From NCBI GenBank assembly GCA_900088475.1, contig FLMG01000570.1, positions 1 through 64,000 of the forward strand: DNA of 64,000 nucleotides, in the 5' to 3' direction. This document shows, piece after piece, positions 23,670 to 36,074 of this stretch (the stretch's first letter is position 1; each line of letters opens with the position of its first letter). The translations under genes and the position numbers were made by a program. A model generated the notes under the pieces. It was not told where the DNA came from. It made no database searches and saw only the letters and a list, made by a program, of their open reading frames with translations. The stretch is from Hyphochytrium catenoides. Lineage: Eukaryota > Protista > Hyphochytriomycota.

Positions 23670-26600
23670 ATGCCTGGCGTTCAGAGGCATAATAGCAATA
23701 ACTCACACAATGGAAGCCCTAACCAGCGGCGAGCCAGCAATGAGAGCCTTGTAGCGGGTAATAGGGCCTTCTCTCTTGCAGGCAATGACAGAGCTACTAC
23801 TCTTCGTCGGGGAGGGCCCCTGTCAAAGCGGTTAGCAAAAAGGCTCAACAGGGCCGTGATCGTGCTTTCCTCTGCCAAGCGGCATTGGCTCGTGCAGTGG
23901 AAGTACGTGGTGGCGTTCAGCTTGGTCTATTGTGCCCTGATATCTATGTTCAGCATCGGTAAGCCGCACACTGGAAATTAGATCTAGAAACAAAGTTACT
24001 CGCCAGAGTGTCTTAGATCTTTCATCGATGAGAACGGCCAGTAACAACCACACTGATCCTCAGTAGGGGCTCTACATAAGAGACTAGAAGATGAAGAGAA
24101 CAAACTACGTATATATGGGGGAAAGAGAGTGACAGAGACAGGGATGAAAGCCAGGAAATGGATGAATGCTGATAACCCTTTATCCTCCCAGCATGGAACC
24201 GTAAGCGCTCTCCCTTCGTGAAAGGCATGGATGTTCTGGCAGATGTGGTGCTCGTCTTAGACTTATTCATGATCCCAATAATGAACGTCATCGAGGCAGA
24301 AAAAGACCAATCGCCCTCGTATGTGGACGTCATTACTGGCCAGAAAAAGGTAACATTCTTACACATTCTTTTGGAGGTGATCTTACTGGTGGCTGTTTCC
24401 GATTCTAACTTTCAGCTCTTGCTATGTTGCTCAACCCGAGAGGCTCATCTTGTTTGTTCTCGATGTCTAGACTAACTGGCAGAGGTACTGGGACCGCTTC
24501 ACGGACTTCTATGCTGCCCTTCCAATCGGTATCATCGCTGCCACTGGTATCACGGAGGAGCGAGTCAGCTACACCTTCATTCTGCTTAGAGTTATCAAGT
24601 GGCCCATATTGAAGCACCACATCTCGCTCATGAAAGTAGCTGATGTAAGGCGTACAATGTAGCATGCCAAAGATAGCACAGCGGAAGCAAGAGCTTTATG
24701 AGAGAAGAGGTGATAGAGTTGGGAAGATAGAGAAGTACCGTAGAAAGAGATTGTGCAGTGACCAGCTCTACCTATGCTCACCGGTACTCGGGTCTGATTA
24801 GGCCGCACACCTCTTCTTGTCCACCTATCCTCTTGTCCGTGTCTCTACTGTTAGGCGTCTGCTGCAAGACTGAACCCTCTTCTTCGGCTATGGAAGCTTA
24901 AGGAACTTCAGTTACTATTCAAGATCCTCGTCATCTTTCATTTCCTGGCCTGTTTTTGGGTTCTCTCCTTGTACGCTAGTTCTGGAGTGAACTGGATGGC
25001 AACGATATACCCATCAACCTGCTTACAGGCAGGTCCTGAGATTAGAGCGGCTACTGTGCATAGAACCTCTTCTATGCATCACATGGACGAGTGCAACCCC
25101 TTCAAAATGAGTGATATGGACCAATACCTCTACGGAATCTATTGGGTTAGCACTACGTTGATGTCTGTCGGCTACGGAGATATTTCCCCTGCTTACAATG
25201 TGAATCTAGAGCGACTCTACGCAATCGGCGTCCAGGTAGTGAACTGCTCGATGGACTCTCAAGTGCTTCAATATGACTTTTGTTGGCAATCCGTGTAGCC
25301 CTCTGCATACATCGACTTTTTCAAGTCAGTCTTTCCATCTCCAACCCGTTCCGGACATTTCACTGACTGTACCGACTACAGATAATCGGGTCGTTCGCAC
25401 TTGGTTTTATTAGTTCCTCCATGCGGAGGTGGCTCGACAGTAGGAATCCACAATTCGTCAATGTCACCACGGAGAACGAGGTGCGCTGCTTCCCTTAGTT
25501 CGTCCTAACTCTCCCCTGACCGCTACGAAGCAGGGTGGTTCCTACGTGTGACCAGCTAGAGTATGAACCTTTCCATCCCTCTTCTTTGTATCTCATCGAC
25601 CTCCGTATACCAGCTTAACTCACAGAGTTGGCACTATCCACCTGCGTCCCCTGTCAACATAGAAGGCCTGCTAATTATCTAATAGTGCTCCTAAGTCTTT
25701 GTATTAACTCATTTTTTTCCACATTTTCCCCTTTAGTTGAAGCAGTACATCAGAGATAAGGGCCTGACGCCACAGCTGGCAACGCGGATTAGAAAGCACT
25801 TCGATTACCTCCTCCTCAAGCACAAAGCACTACCCGATAAGGCGATACTGCTGAATCTGTCGTCCGCCCTAAGAGGAGAGGCTGTTCTGGCTCTGCTACC
25901 GGGTCACCTGAAGACGCTTGCAACGGCCCTGCCAGACTTTAGTGGAGCGTCGACAAGCGAGTTTCTAGCTGACTTAGCCAGCTTCCTTAAACCTTTCCAA
26001 ATGCCTCCAGGATCCACCATCATACACGAAGGACGAATCGTGGAAGAGATATACTTCGTAACCAAGGGTATCTGTGAAGGTAGGTGTGGCATCTAGAGCC
26101 CAAAGCGGGATTAGTCATCGTCCTGGAGGTGATGAACAGCGGATAGATTGCGCCGCAGTTTACGACTTCTGAGAAGATTAGAATGCATCATTGGGACTAA
26201 ATATTGGAGAAGGCAGGGCAGAAGGGTGGGTTGCGGGTGAGACTTCTACTGAGACTGCAGGAAAGGAACAGGGATAGAAACTGCGTCGCTGATTGCTTGC
26301 TTGCTAGCCTTCAAAGAGGAGACAGACGAGAACGGGAAGGCCCATATCGTTGTCCAAGGTCTCTTCTCAGACAACAGCTATTTTGGAGACTATCCCCTCT
26401 TCTGCAAAGAGAGGAGCGAAATCACTGTGCGCTGCAAAGGCTACGTGGACTTCATGGCGCTGCCAATGGAAGGCGTTGAGTATCTTAACCAAAGGCATCC
26501 GCATGAAATGACACGCTTTGAGGATATTGCTAATGGGAACCATCAGCTTATGGTAGAGATTGCCGACAGACCTACTGTACTTGGCCATAATAGGCGCCAT

Positions 26601-29600
26601 AAGAGGTATAAGAACCCCTTTGATCGCGCGCAGGGCGGCCTTCTCCGCTGTTAACTATCTCCTTTCCTGCAATCTAACCTTGTGTTATTAGACTCTCTTG
26701 TTGTTAGCCAATGGTTGCTTGCGTTACCTACCAGCGAGAACGTATAAGAAATGCCGGTTCAGGGCTGCAACTTCATCTGCCACATTCATCTTTCGTCCTT
26801 CGCTTGATGTAGGAGTCCCAACTGTTCTGATCGTCTTCCTCTAAACTGTAGGGAAGTGCTGCATAACTGGAAGCCTTGTTCCTTTGAGACCATCTTCCAA
26901 GAGTTCTACAGAGAACGAAAAGCACTGGGTCCAGGCTCTGTCTCCGCCGCAACCCAGGAGCAGCAGCAACAGCTGCACGCCTTGCAAGAGAGGCAAACTA
27001 TGCATGAGAAATGGATAATCGATCCCAACAGCCAGTTTAAGACAGTGTGGGATGCTATCCTCAGTCTTATGACCGTGCTGAGCTGTGTGATTGTCCCATT
27101 CCAGACCTGTTTCAACCTTGGCTACAATGCTCTAGACATCCTGTTCAATGTCCTCTACTCTCTAGATATCCTGGTCTCTCTTCGTACAGCCTTTTTGGAT
27201 GAAAACGCCACCCATCTTGTGATGGACCCTACAGTCATAGCAAAGCGGTATCTGCGACAATGGTTCACTATTGATTTCCTCTCTTCAGGAATAGTTGACG
27301 TCCTAGTCCTTCTTCTTGACCAGGTGTGCCATACACTCCTCCTCAGCCAATCCTCTACGTGCCAACTATGCTCTCCGGCAGGAACTGTCTCTTATTCTTT
27401 AGTCTCGACCTTCTTGCTTATCTCTCAATCCGATTTCTGTAGAAGTCACTCGGAGTTCGGCCTTTTCCAATCCACACATTTCTCTCTTCTGCAATCGGAG
27501 TTCGGCCTTTCAAGCCATCTGTTCTCTTCGTTCTGCTTGGTGTCCCACGGTTACGGTGGTGCCCTCACAGCTGATGTTCTATTGCGTGTCGCATTTGTGC
27601 TCATAGCTGACCTCCTCCCCCGCTCCAGCCGGACAATCCTGCCAGGTCTCCGCTACGCTTTATCCTGATTCTTCGCCTACTCCGCCTTCTGAAGTTGACC
27701 CGCGTGTTTCGTCTCTCGCGAGCCCTCCGGGAAGTAGACGCAAAGTTGAATCTTCCGCCTGTTGTTGGCAGAGTGCTTCGCCTCATTGGCAACGTCCTAT
27801 TTATCATGCACATCTGCGCTTGCTTTTGGTATCTAATTGGAGTTGGAGCGGACTGGAAAGGAGGTAAGCTTGTAAAAAGGCTTAGTGAAGATCAAGGGCC
27901 AGTAGGTCATGGGTAAACACATAACCAGAGCTTCCCCGTAAAAGCGTCATAAGTGTGGAAGATCACTTACCAATGGCGACAATGAGCCGGCTAAACATTG
28001 GACCCCTTCCAAATGTTGTTTGGTATACTAACTCTTTATGGTTCGCACAGAGCCGTCTCCCTCATCCTGGGTGTATCAACTATATGAAGAAGATTATAAC
28101 ACGACATCCCTCACTAGCAGGTGAGAAGCGGGTCAGCTCCTTTGATAGTGTGTCTCCTTCGTGAACTTGGAAGCTATTTCTTTGTCGTCGTAATCACTGC
28201 CAAACTCACGCTCTCCCATCAGATACATTTCATCTTTATACTGGGCATCCACCACCATCACAACCACTGGTTACGGGGATATTGTTCCCGTTACCAGTGT
28301 AGAGATAGTATTCGCCATTGTCACGGAGATCATTGGATCTCTAGTCTTCGCTTATGTCGTAAACAGCATTGGTATCTTCCTCAGTCGCCAAAGCTACGAA
28401 GAGGACCNNNNNNNNNNNNNNNNNNNNNNNNNNNNNNNNNNNNNNNNNNNNNNNNTTAGCTATCCCTACGTTTCTGTAGAGGCTTGGTTGCTCTTCTCCT
28501 CCTGCTGTCATAAGTCATCATGGTGGTTTGTTGTGGCTCACCTGGGCGCTGGTCACCTAGTTTCGATGGTGGCCCAACTTAGTATCGACCAACACTCCTT
28601 ACACGTCCCTCTTTTTCCTTCCATCTCTCCCTTCATTCCCTTAACTGGTGCCTCTATAGTCTGTGAAGAAGCAATGGAACCATGTTTTACGGCAACGAAA
28701 GACTTACCAAGAAAATAGTATTCTCGAGAAGCTACCCCTAGACTTACAGCGAGAGGTTCTAAGTCATCTTTATGCCCCTCTCATTGCAAAGTTTCCCCTC
28801 TTCTGGGAAAGAGACCCGTCCTTCATCTCCAACGTCCTGCCTTTACTTGTTCCGCTCGTGGTAGAGCAGCATGAGCTTCTAGTGTCTCAGGGCTCTGTTG
28901 CCACGGAGATCTTCTTCGTCTTTGATGGAGTAATCGAAATCTATCAGGACACTAAAGTCGAGCAGTCGCCAACAGCAGCTGCGTCTTCCCGACATTCTCC
29001 CTCTGCTAAGAAGGGTGAGAGTGAAGCGCAAAAGGAGGTGGAGACAAGTCCTTGTGAGGCGAAAGTAAATCAGCAGAAAGACGAAGATTGGACCAGGAAG
29101 AGCCAGCAGCAAAGCCAACCTACAAATGAACGGACCTCTCAGACTGAGGTTGAGATCAAGTCTATTGAGAATGGTCATTTACAGGGACAGGAATCAGCCA
29201 ATGAAAATAAAGAAGGCAAGGAAACTCGAGAGAAGAACACAGCATACCTAGAACCGCTGAAGGCTGGGACAGAGGTCGCAATTGGTGTGTCACAGCTTGA
29301 AAACAGAACGCAATACGACAGAGGTCAAGAAGTTGACTTACCTAAGAAAGATGAGCTTGGAGCACCAACGGACAAGAACGAGGAAGGCAATCCATCAAGT
29401 AAATCGGCAACACCAGAATCCTTACCCCCACAGGTTCATAGCCCTCCGACTGGGCCCCCCTCGGCCAAAGACAGTGCTACCTCAACCATCAGGTTGGTCA
29501 AGAACGTCTTAGGACCCGGCGCATTCTTTGGACATGAGCCTCTCCTCAACGATGAGCCACATGTAAGTTGCCCTTCTCGTCGCCCGGTTCGCATCTACAG

Positions 29601-30861
29601 TGGTCTTCACTCTTTCAGCTAACGTATTCCCGTATCCTTCAATCAACTCTCCTATACGCGTTAAGAGACTGGTCTGACCACCACTCCCAACACTCCCTAG
29701 TTATGTCAGTATTGGCCTCTGCCTGACACACCTTTCGTCTTCTCGATGTGATAAGGCCCCGCCTGACCTTTCCCTCTCATCCGCCGTTACCCTATCATTG
29801 GCCTTTAGCCCTATTCCATCCGGGCGTTCACCCAATGCCAGTTGTATGTTCTCAAGCTAGAGAGCATTCAGCAGCTAATTGCGCGGCACCCTGAGCTGGC
29901 GACGGAGTTGCAGGAGGCAATTGAACAATCAATGTTAGTAGATACAGTCAGAATGGTCAAAAACGAGCTTCACTTTGCGCAACTGCGTAAGCTGGGCAGA
30001 CGGAAACCTCTGTTGGAGAAACTCTTGCCTCACAAGCAGAAGAAGAGTAGGGTGGGCTTCCTAAAATCTCTGATTGGCTTCGGAAAGACCAAGGTTGAAC
30101 CCGATGGTGAAGGCACCGAAGCGGAAGAGAATGACCCTCAGAAGAAAGAAGGCGAAGCACGGGACGAGCTCATAGTCCAGTTTAAAGTGGCGGAGACGTT
30201 CAAACATAAACGGATAAAGAGAAGCATCCACGCTCTCTACTCTCCGAAGCCCCTAGAGCAGCACTTCGATGATTGGCTTTTGGCACTACAGAAGACGTCA
30301 GAGTTTGCTAAACTCCATTTGATAGAGCAAGGCAGTGCTTCGAAGGGACTGATTGGCCCTCGAACTCGTCTTTCAACTGCACAAGCCTTCACAGAATATT
30401 CTCTTAACAGCAACATTGAAGACAAAGTGAAATCGGTGACCAGGGACGTGCTTAAGAACAAAAAGTACATATCAGTGAAGGTTAAGCAGATGCCAGAAGG
30501 CCCACCGAGCACAATCGAGCAGCAAGAGATGCAGCATATAGTGCCAAAGCGCAACCGCAGTTCCTTCGTTCAACGCCAGTCAACAGTTCGTCCGCCCGAA
30601 GGATCTTCTCCGATATCTAGCCCAGTAAGAGCGTCAGTAGCCAACAGAACATCACCTCAAGATCGAAAGACCTTTGACTCAGGAGGCCAGATAGCGAAAC
30701 AAAGTGTTACAGCCACAGTCGAGAGAGGCACAACCATGACTACTTCTGGTAAAACCCAGATCACGGCGACAGGAGCCGTCAAAAAGAGAGTTGAAGCAGA
30801 GGAAGTAGAACGATCAGTCACTGATGACTTGCCGTCATTGGCTTCCACCGACCAAGCCTAG
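23670..30861 (+). CDS. Cyclic-nucleotide-binding-domain potassium channel (EAG/HCN/CNG superfamily) with two tandem 6TM-pore-C-linker-CNBD modules; multi-exon, spans an N-gap
   Basis: Pore 1 YWVSTTLMSVGYGD (about 25140-25181) and pore 2 YWASTTITTTGYGD (about 28240-28280). There are two C-linkers and two CNBD-like regions (EEIYFVTKG..YFGD; TEIFFVFDG..FFGH), and intron phases are consistent through the junction. Confidence 0.88.
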
Positions 30862-31271
30862 AGTCAAGCAACCCGATACAACACGTCAGGCTCTTTATAC
30901 TCACCCTCCTTGCTTCTAAGTAGTATTTGCTCATCTCTATACCTCTAGTTCTTCGAAATTATTGCCACTGCAAAGTGCCTATATGACACAATATTGTGAC
31001 ACAGCCTTGCTGCATACCTATTTTTGGGTATGTCAACAGTCCAGGAGCTCTATGACACCTATTAAAAGAGAGCTGTCCAGTAACTATATAACGGAGCTAT
31101 ATGACAGGCTAATAGAAAGCTGTCCTAGAGCCCTTCTTTTGGAAGCCAACTACTCGTTAGAGCCCGAGGGCAAATGATAAATAGCTGATACTAGCGTGAC
31201 AAATGCATGAGCTGAAGGAAAGGCAGATTCAGAGAGAGAGATAAAACTATGTTAGCTAGCAGAAGCAGTCT

Positions 31272-34197
31272 TTAGCGGGAGACATCCTTGAAGAGATCGT
31301 AGGCCTTGTATTCGGCCAAATACTTGGGGTTGACTCCGTTCTTCTCTAAGAGCTTCAGCTGTTCTTGGCGAAACTGTTCCAGCGCCTCGAGCTCAGCCTT
31401 CGCGTCCTCCTACAAAAGGAAGTTTAGAGGCGTTCTAGCAAGCCCAAAAGATTAGAGCAGGGAATGACCTTTAGCTTTGCTCCCTCGTCAAATTTGGCCT
31501 TCCTGGTCAGCGCTTTCCGATCCTGGGCCTCATTGATCTGCCGCAATATTTGTTTTCTGAACTCAAGTCGGTCCTGCTGTTCCTTTCTGTCCATCTCTTG
31601 TTGCCTAGCAGAATAGGATACGCATCAAATAAGGAACACAAGCGATAGACAGTAAAAGTGTAGTTCAATGCCTGAGACATTGCTCGCTCCGTGCTTCAAC
31701 ATCTACATACACAGTGGAAAAATATACCTCTCTCTGTCCTGGATGATCTTTGCCATGGCTTCGTCGTACTCTTGCTTCTGCTTTCTAAGCTCCTCCTGCA
31801 GCGTGAGTTCCTTCGTTCTTTCCTGCGAAATAAGGCTATAAATAACAACTAGGATAATGAACTCAAAAGAGAAATCAGGGTTAGCGGCAGCGAGTCCAGT
31901 CGTGGCTCGGTCAGCTAACCAGGGCCTTTTGAGGGAGGAAATGGAAATGGGCCGAGGATCAAACAAAGCGAACAATCTGCCGATGTCCCAACGTACTGCT
32001 TGCTTTCTTGACTCCATTATCATCTTCATGTCGTCCTGTTTTCGTTTCTGCTTCGCTAGCTCAGCCTGGCGATCTGCGCGGTTCTTAGCCTCAAAGGCTC
32101 GCTTCATCCTGAGCTCGTCGAGCTCGGACTAGAACGCACAGGAGGTGAGAGTCAATGGTCAGAGGCACAGGGAACTGTGGCTAAGTAGACTATGGGAGTG
32201 ACTCTCTCGTTCCAAGTCCCCTTTATAACACTGGGTCTCTCTGTGCCTCCACAAAAGCTCATTCTTGCTTTCTTCTCTGTTGGCAGCTCTCTGCTTTCGA
32301 AACACTTTCCTCTAGAGTCTTGATTCTTGTCCACGCGTGCTTAGTGATGTCACTGTCCACGTTCCCACGAACTCATCTCCCTTGTTATCTCTTAGTTTAC
32401 CTGCATGGTCTGGCTCTTCTCTTGCATAGAGCGGAGTCTGTTGCAGAGATCATCTGCTTCCTTCTTCTTCCTTTCATTTTCTTCTTCCCTTTGTCTGGGA
32501 AGCGAGTTAAGTGCTTAGTAGGGTCCGTCCGGTGCTATAAGCCGTTTACTAATGGCTGTGTCCGCTTACCGCAGCTCTTCGTCCTTCTTCCGCATGTACT
32601 CTAATATCTTATCGTTCTCCAGTTTTTCTAGCTTTGCCTCCTCCAGCCGCTTTTTGAGTATAAGCTCATTGGCCTTTTTTATCTCGATTGCCATCTCGGC
32701 GTTTCTCCTCCTCTTCTCTTCTTCTTCTTCCTGTTCCGCCAGCTGTGAAAGAAGTAACTAGTAAGGCCTAAGGCCTTCTACTACCACTGGGGTGGTAGAT
32801 CGAGTAACAGTGGACTGTCACCTGGAGCTGTTTAATCTTCTCCAGCATATCTTGTCCCTCCTTTAAGCGTTCTTGATTTATCTTGTTCTTTTCTTTGTTC
32901 CTCTCTGCTATCTGATGCTCTAACACTTCCCTATGGTTTTTCAGTTATCAGACTTTTTTGCAACTCCCAGCGGTTAGTGACACAGACAGCAAGAGCGATA
33001 GATCAACCGGGAGGATACGGCTTTGGTACCTGTCTTTGTGACGTTCATCACGTTTTTTTGTCTCTATTTCTTCCCTCCTTTTCAAGTCTTCCAGTCGTGC
33101 GATCTCCATCTGAAGAGAAAGCTTTTTATCACTAAGCTTCTCTCGCTGAGCCTTTTCTTCGCGGCTGCCTAGTTGCTGGTCTCGGAGGGTGAAAGTCTGA
33201 GCTTTCATTGCCAGATTATTAAGTCTTTTAATCGTGTCGTGCTGAGCCTGCCGCAGCTCCGTCGCTGCAAAGTTTGAATGTCATGGGAGGAGCTAGGGTC
33301 AACGTTTCTAGGATATCCTACGAACACCTTTGCCTGACTCCAGCGACTCCATACCGATCTAATTTATCAGTTCCTCTCTCCTTCATGGTAAGATGTGGCC
33401 GCAGATGTGACCTCTCAGCCATAATACTAACTCAAGTCTCACACATCGTTTTCACAAGATGAAGCCTAGCCTGCTGCTCCTCTTTATTCACTGACCTCTC
33501 TCTAGAATGTGCCTGTTTTGTTCCTCCTGCTGAAGCTCGATATCGGACTTTGGCTTCCGCTTTTTGCTTTCCGCTTCGAGTTGCATCATCTTCACCTATG
33601 ACTCTTATAAGCATTTCGCCGAAGCAGGGACCGAATAGGGATGCGCCCTTACCTTCCTTCTCATGGATTCTTCCCGAAGAAGCTCAAGTTCTCGTTCGTG
33701 CTCTCGTTCTATTGTTTGCCTTTCTTCAAAAGTAAGTATTCTGGAGGATTGCTGCCAGTACATATATTTAGGCGATAAGACACATTCAGCAGAACAATCA
33801 GGCGGGGAAAATATCACTAAGCCGCGGGAAACGTTACCTTCAGCCGTTCTAGGTCGTCAGAGCGCAAGCTCAGCCTCTTCTCGCGACTGCCATCTCCGAC
33901 ATATTTTCTATGGGTAGGAAAGCAACAAGAATTTTTTTACCACTTTCAACCAAGTCGCAGCAATTGGGGTCAGTCCGTGTACCTGCCCGCAAGCTCAGCT
34001 GCTGCATTGACTGCTTGACCTGCGTCATCTGTGTGGTTGTTGTTACCCATAATACCTGAAGACTTTGCTGCAACCTTCGTCGTCTTATTATCAGCGCTGG
34101 AGTCTGCTTTCGTTGCTCTAGTTGGCTTATCTTTCCTCCTGTTGCCGAAAAGACTCTCATCCACGGAGCTGGGTTTACTGTACAGCATACGGGTCAT
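31272..34197 (-). CDS. CFAP45: Cilia- and flagella-associated protein 45 (CCDC19); multi-exon
   Basis: N-terminal SSVDESLFG, a long E/K/R coiled coil with LRDQQL and ELDELRMKR, and C-terminal GVNPKYLAE. Confidence 0.8.
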
Positions 34198-35353
34198 GGT
34201 TCTCGAATCGGCTTAAGGTTGAAGTGACGAAGTGATAAATGACAAAAAAATATGTTCCGGGTCCACTTTGTCTTCCGTCCGGTTGATTGGAGCCTTTCCC
34301 CTGTTTCTGAGTGAGGATATGATGAGAACAAAGCCGCCGCAGTTTTTCAGCAGCACCAGCTATCAATGAGCTCTCGCCTCCCAAATCGATGAGCTGACTT
34401 AGACTACCACTGAGTCTTCTTTTTGTATCCGCCTCCTTCAGCGCATCCTGTAGCTTGAGCCGATGAAGTAAACAGACAGATCAGACTGAGGTGTACCTCC
34501 TGCTGCCGTGTCTCCTCCCCGTGTCGATGCTGGTGGAGGCCGTCTTGATGAAAGGACCATTCTTCTCCATTCCCATTGTCCTGTCACCAGCTCACCTGTC
34601 TCAATCAGGCCCAGGCTGCTTGATCAGCTAGCTACACAGGAAGAGGAAGAGGAGCTTGCAGTGAGCAGCTTCCGCATCCGTTTCATCTCACCCCGTTTCC
34701 GATCTTGGCGTTAGCGGCTTTACGTCTGGGGGACTAATTGACTGGGCCTGTGAAACGGTTGCCTGGTTCGGTAGTTACCTTTAATTGATTATCATAAAGA
34801 TAAGCGCAAGTTGGTGCTGCCAATTATTTTCAATTTGGCAAGTCAAGTACTGTAGAGTTGTTCAAGTTCTTCTGGCCTAGGTACTTGAACTTACTTTTAC
34901 TCAGTCCAGGTGATTAGTGTTTGTTTGAAGGAAGGCTTTGCGGGCTTAGAAACTTGTAGTTCCCATAGGAACAAGAGAATATTTATTGTTAAATTTACCA
35001 AATCCATGAATGTCAAGAAGGTGTAACCATACAAGCAGAAAGATGAACAAGGAGACAGATTTCAGGAGAGTGGGAACGGCAGAAGTAGGAGACAGAGACA
35101 GCACGAGACAGAGGAAGGACAATATCTTGTAAGAAGGAGCCTTTGTGATCTGACCACTGATCTATCATGCTTCCATCTCACCCTTCGTTTCCCTTACACT
35201 ACAGTACCACCTCGTTTTTGCTGTGTTGGCTTAGTGTTGGCTTTCTCTCTGTCTGACCAAGTTTCCATCCCTGAACGCACACTATCCTATGACAGCATCC
35301 TACGACTCCTAGCAGTAGGAGGAACCAACTTCGCGCGGCTGGGTCAGCAGCCG

Positions 35354-35400
<47 letters not shown>

Positions 35401-35440
35401 AGCAGAAGGAGAAGCAGAAGCAGAAACAGCAGCAGAAGCA
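35354..35440. repeat. Compound trinucleotide microsatellite (TCA)12(GCA)5 followed by a GAA/GCA-rich tract
   Basis: Read directly from the sequence. Confidence 0.95.
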
Positions 35441-36074
35441 GTAGACCTAGGAGTAGTCTTTGCCGCACTGTCCGCATCCTGCGACTGTTTCAGCCGTTGT
35501 CTGATTTATCGTCAGGGGATTCCTCATTCTTTCTATTTCTTCCTCGAGCGTGACTTGGTGAAAAGTAAGGAATCAGCCTCAGGAACTTACCGCCCTCGAC
35601 TCCTCGCTTTGACATCTCGGCGTCGCGCACTTCGTACTGTACGAATTCGGCTAATATATCTCTGCTGCTTGCTTTGGGGTTACTTCTTGTTCCACTCCGG
35701 ATGTGGCATCTGCTTTAGTGGCCTGTCCTCTTCTCACCACCCCTTCTTTTCACGAGGTTCCCCGCAGGATTCCATCTATTTGCATGCTGCCTCTTTACTG
35801 AGACTCCTCGATTTCGACTTCAGTGCTGCACGTTCTTGCTCAGTTGTATACTCCAACCCTGCATCTTATTCGCCGAAGCGTAGAACGCTCAACGGTGTGC
35901 CACTAACCCCATATCTTGCCCATCTCGTCCTCAAATAGGTGGCCATCAGACTTCCAGTGGGTGTTTGCTTTCTCCTGTGCCTGCTTGCAAAGGCTTACAT
36001 TGAAGCGAAGGACGTAAGGTGCACCAGCGACTGGCTGTTCCCAACGAGAAGCTCTCATCGTCGGAGCGCTAGTT

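Noticed and set aside
35199-35938. ORFs with poly-L/poly-M or poly-S/poly-A as protein-coding genes
   Set aside because: They are by-products of the microsatellite, have no upstream ATG start and show no recognisable domain.
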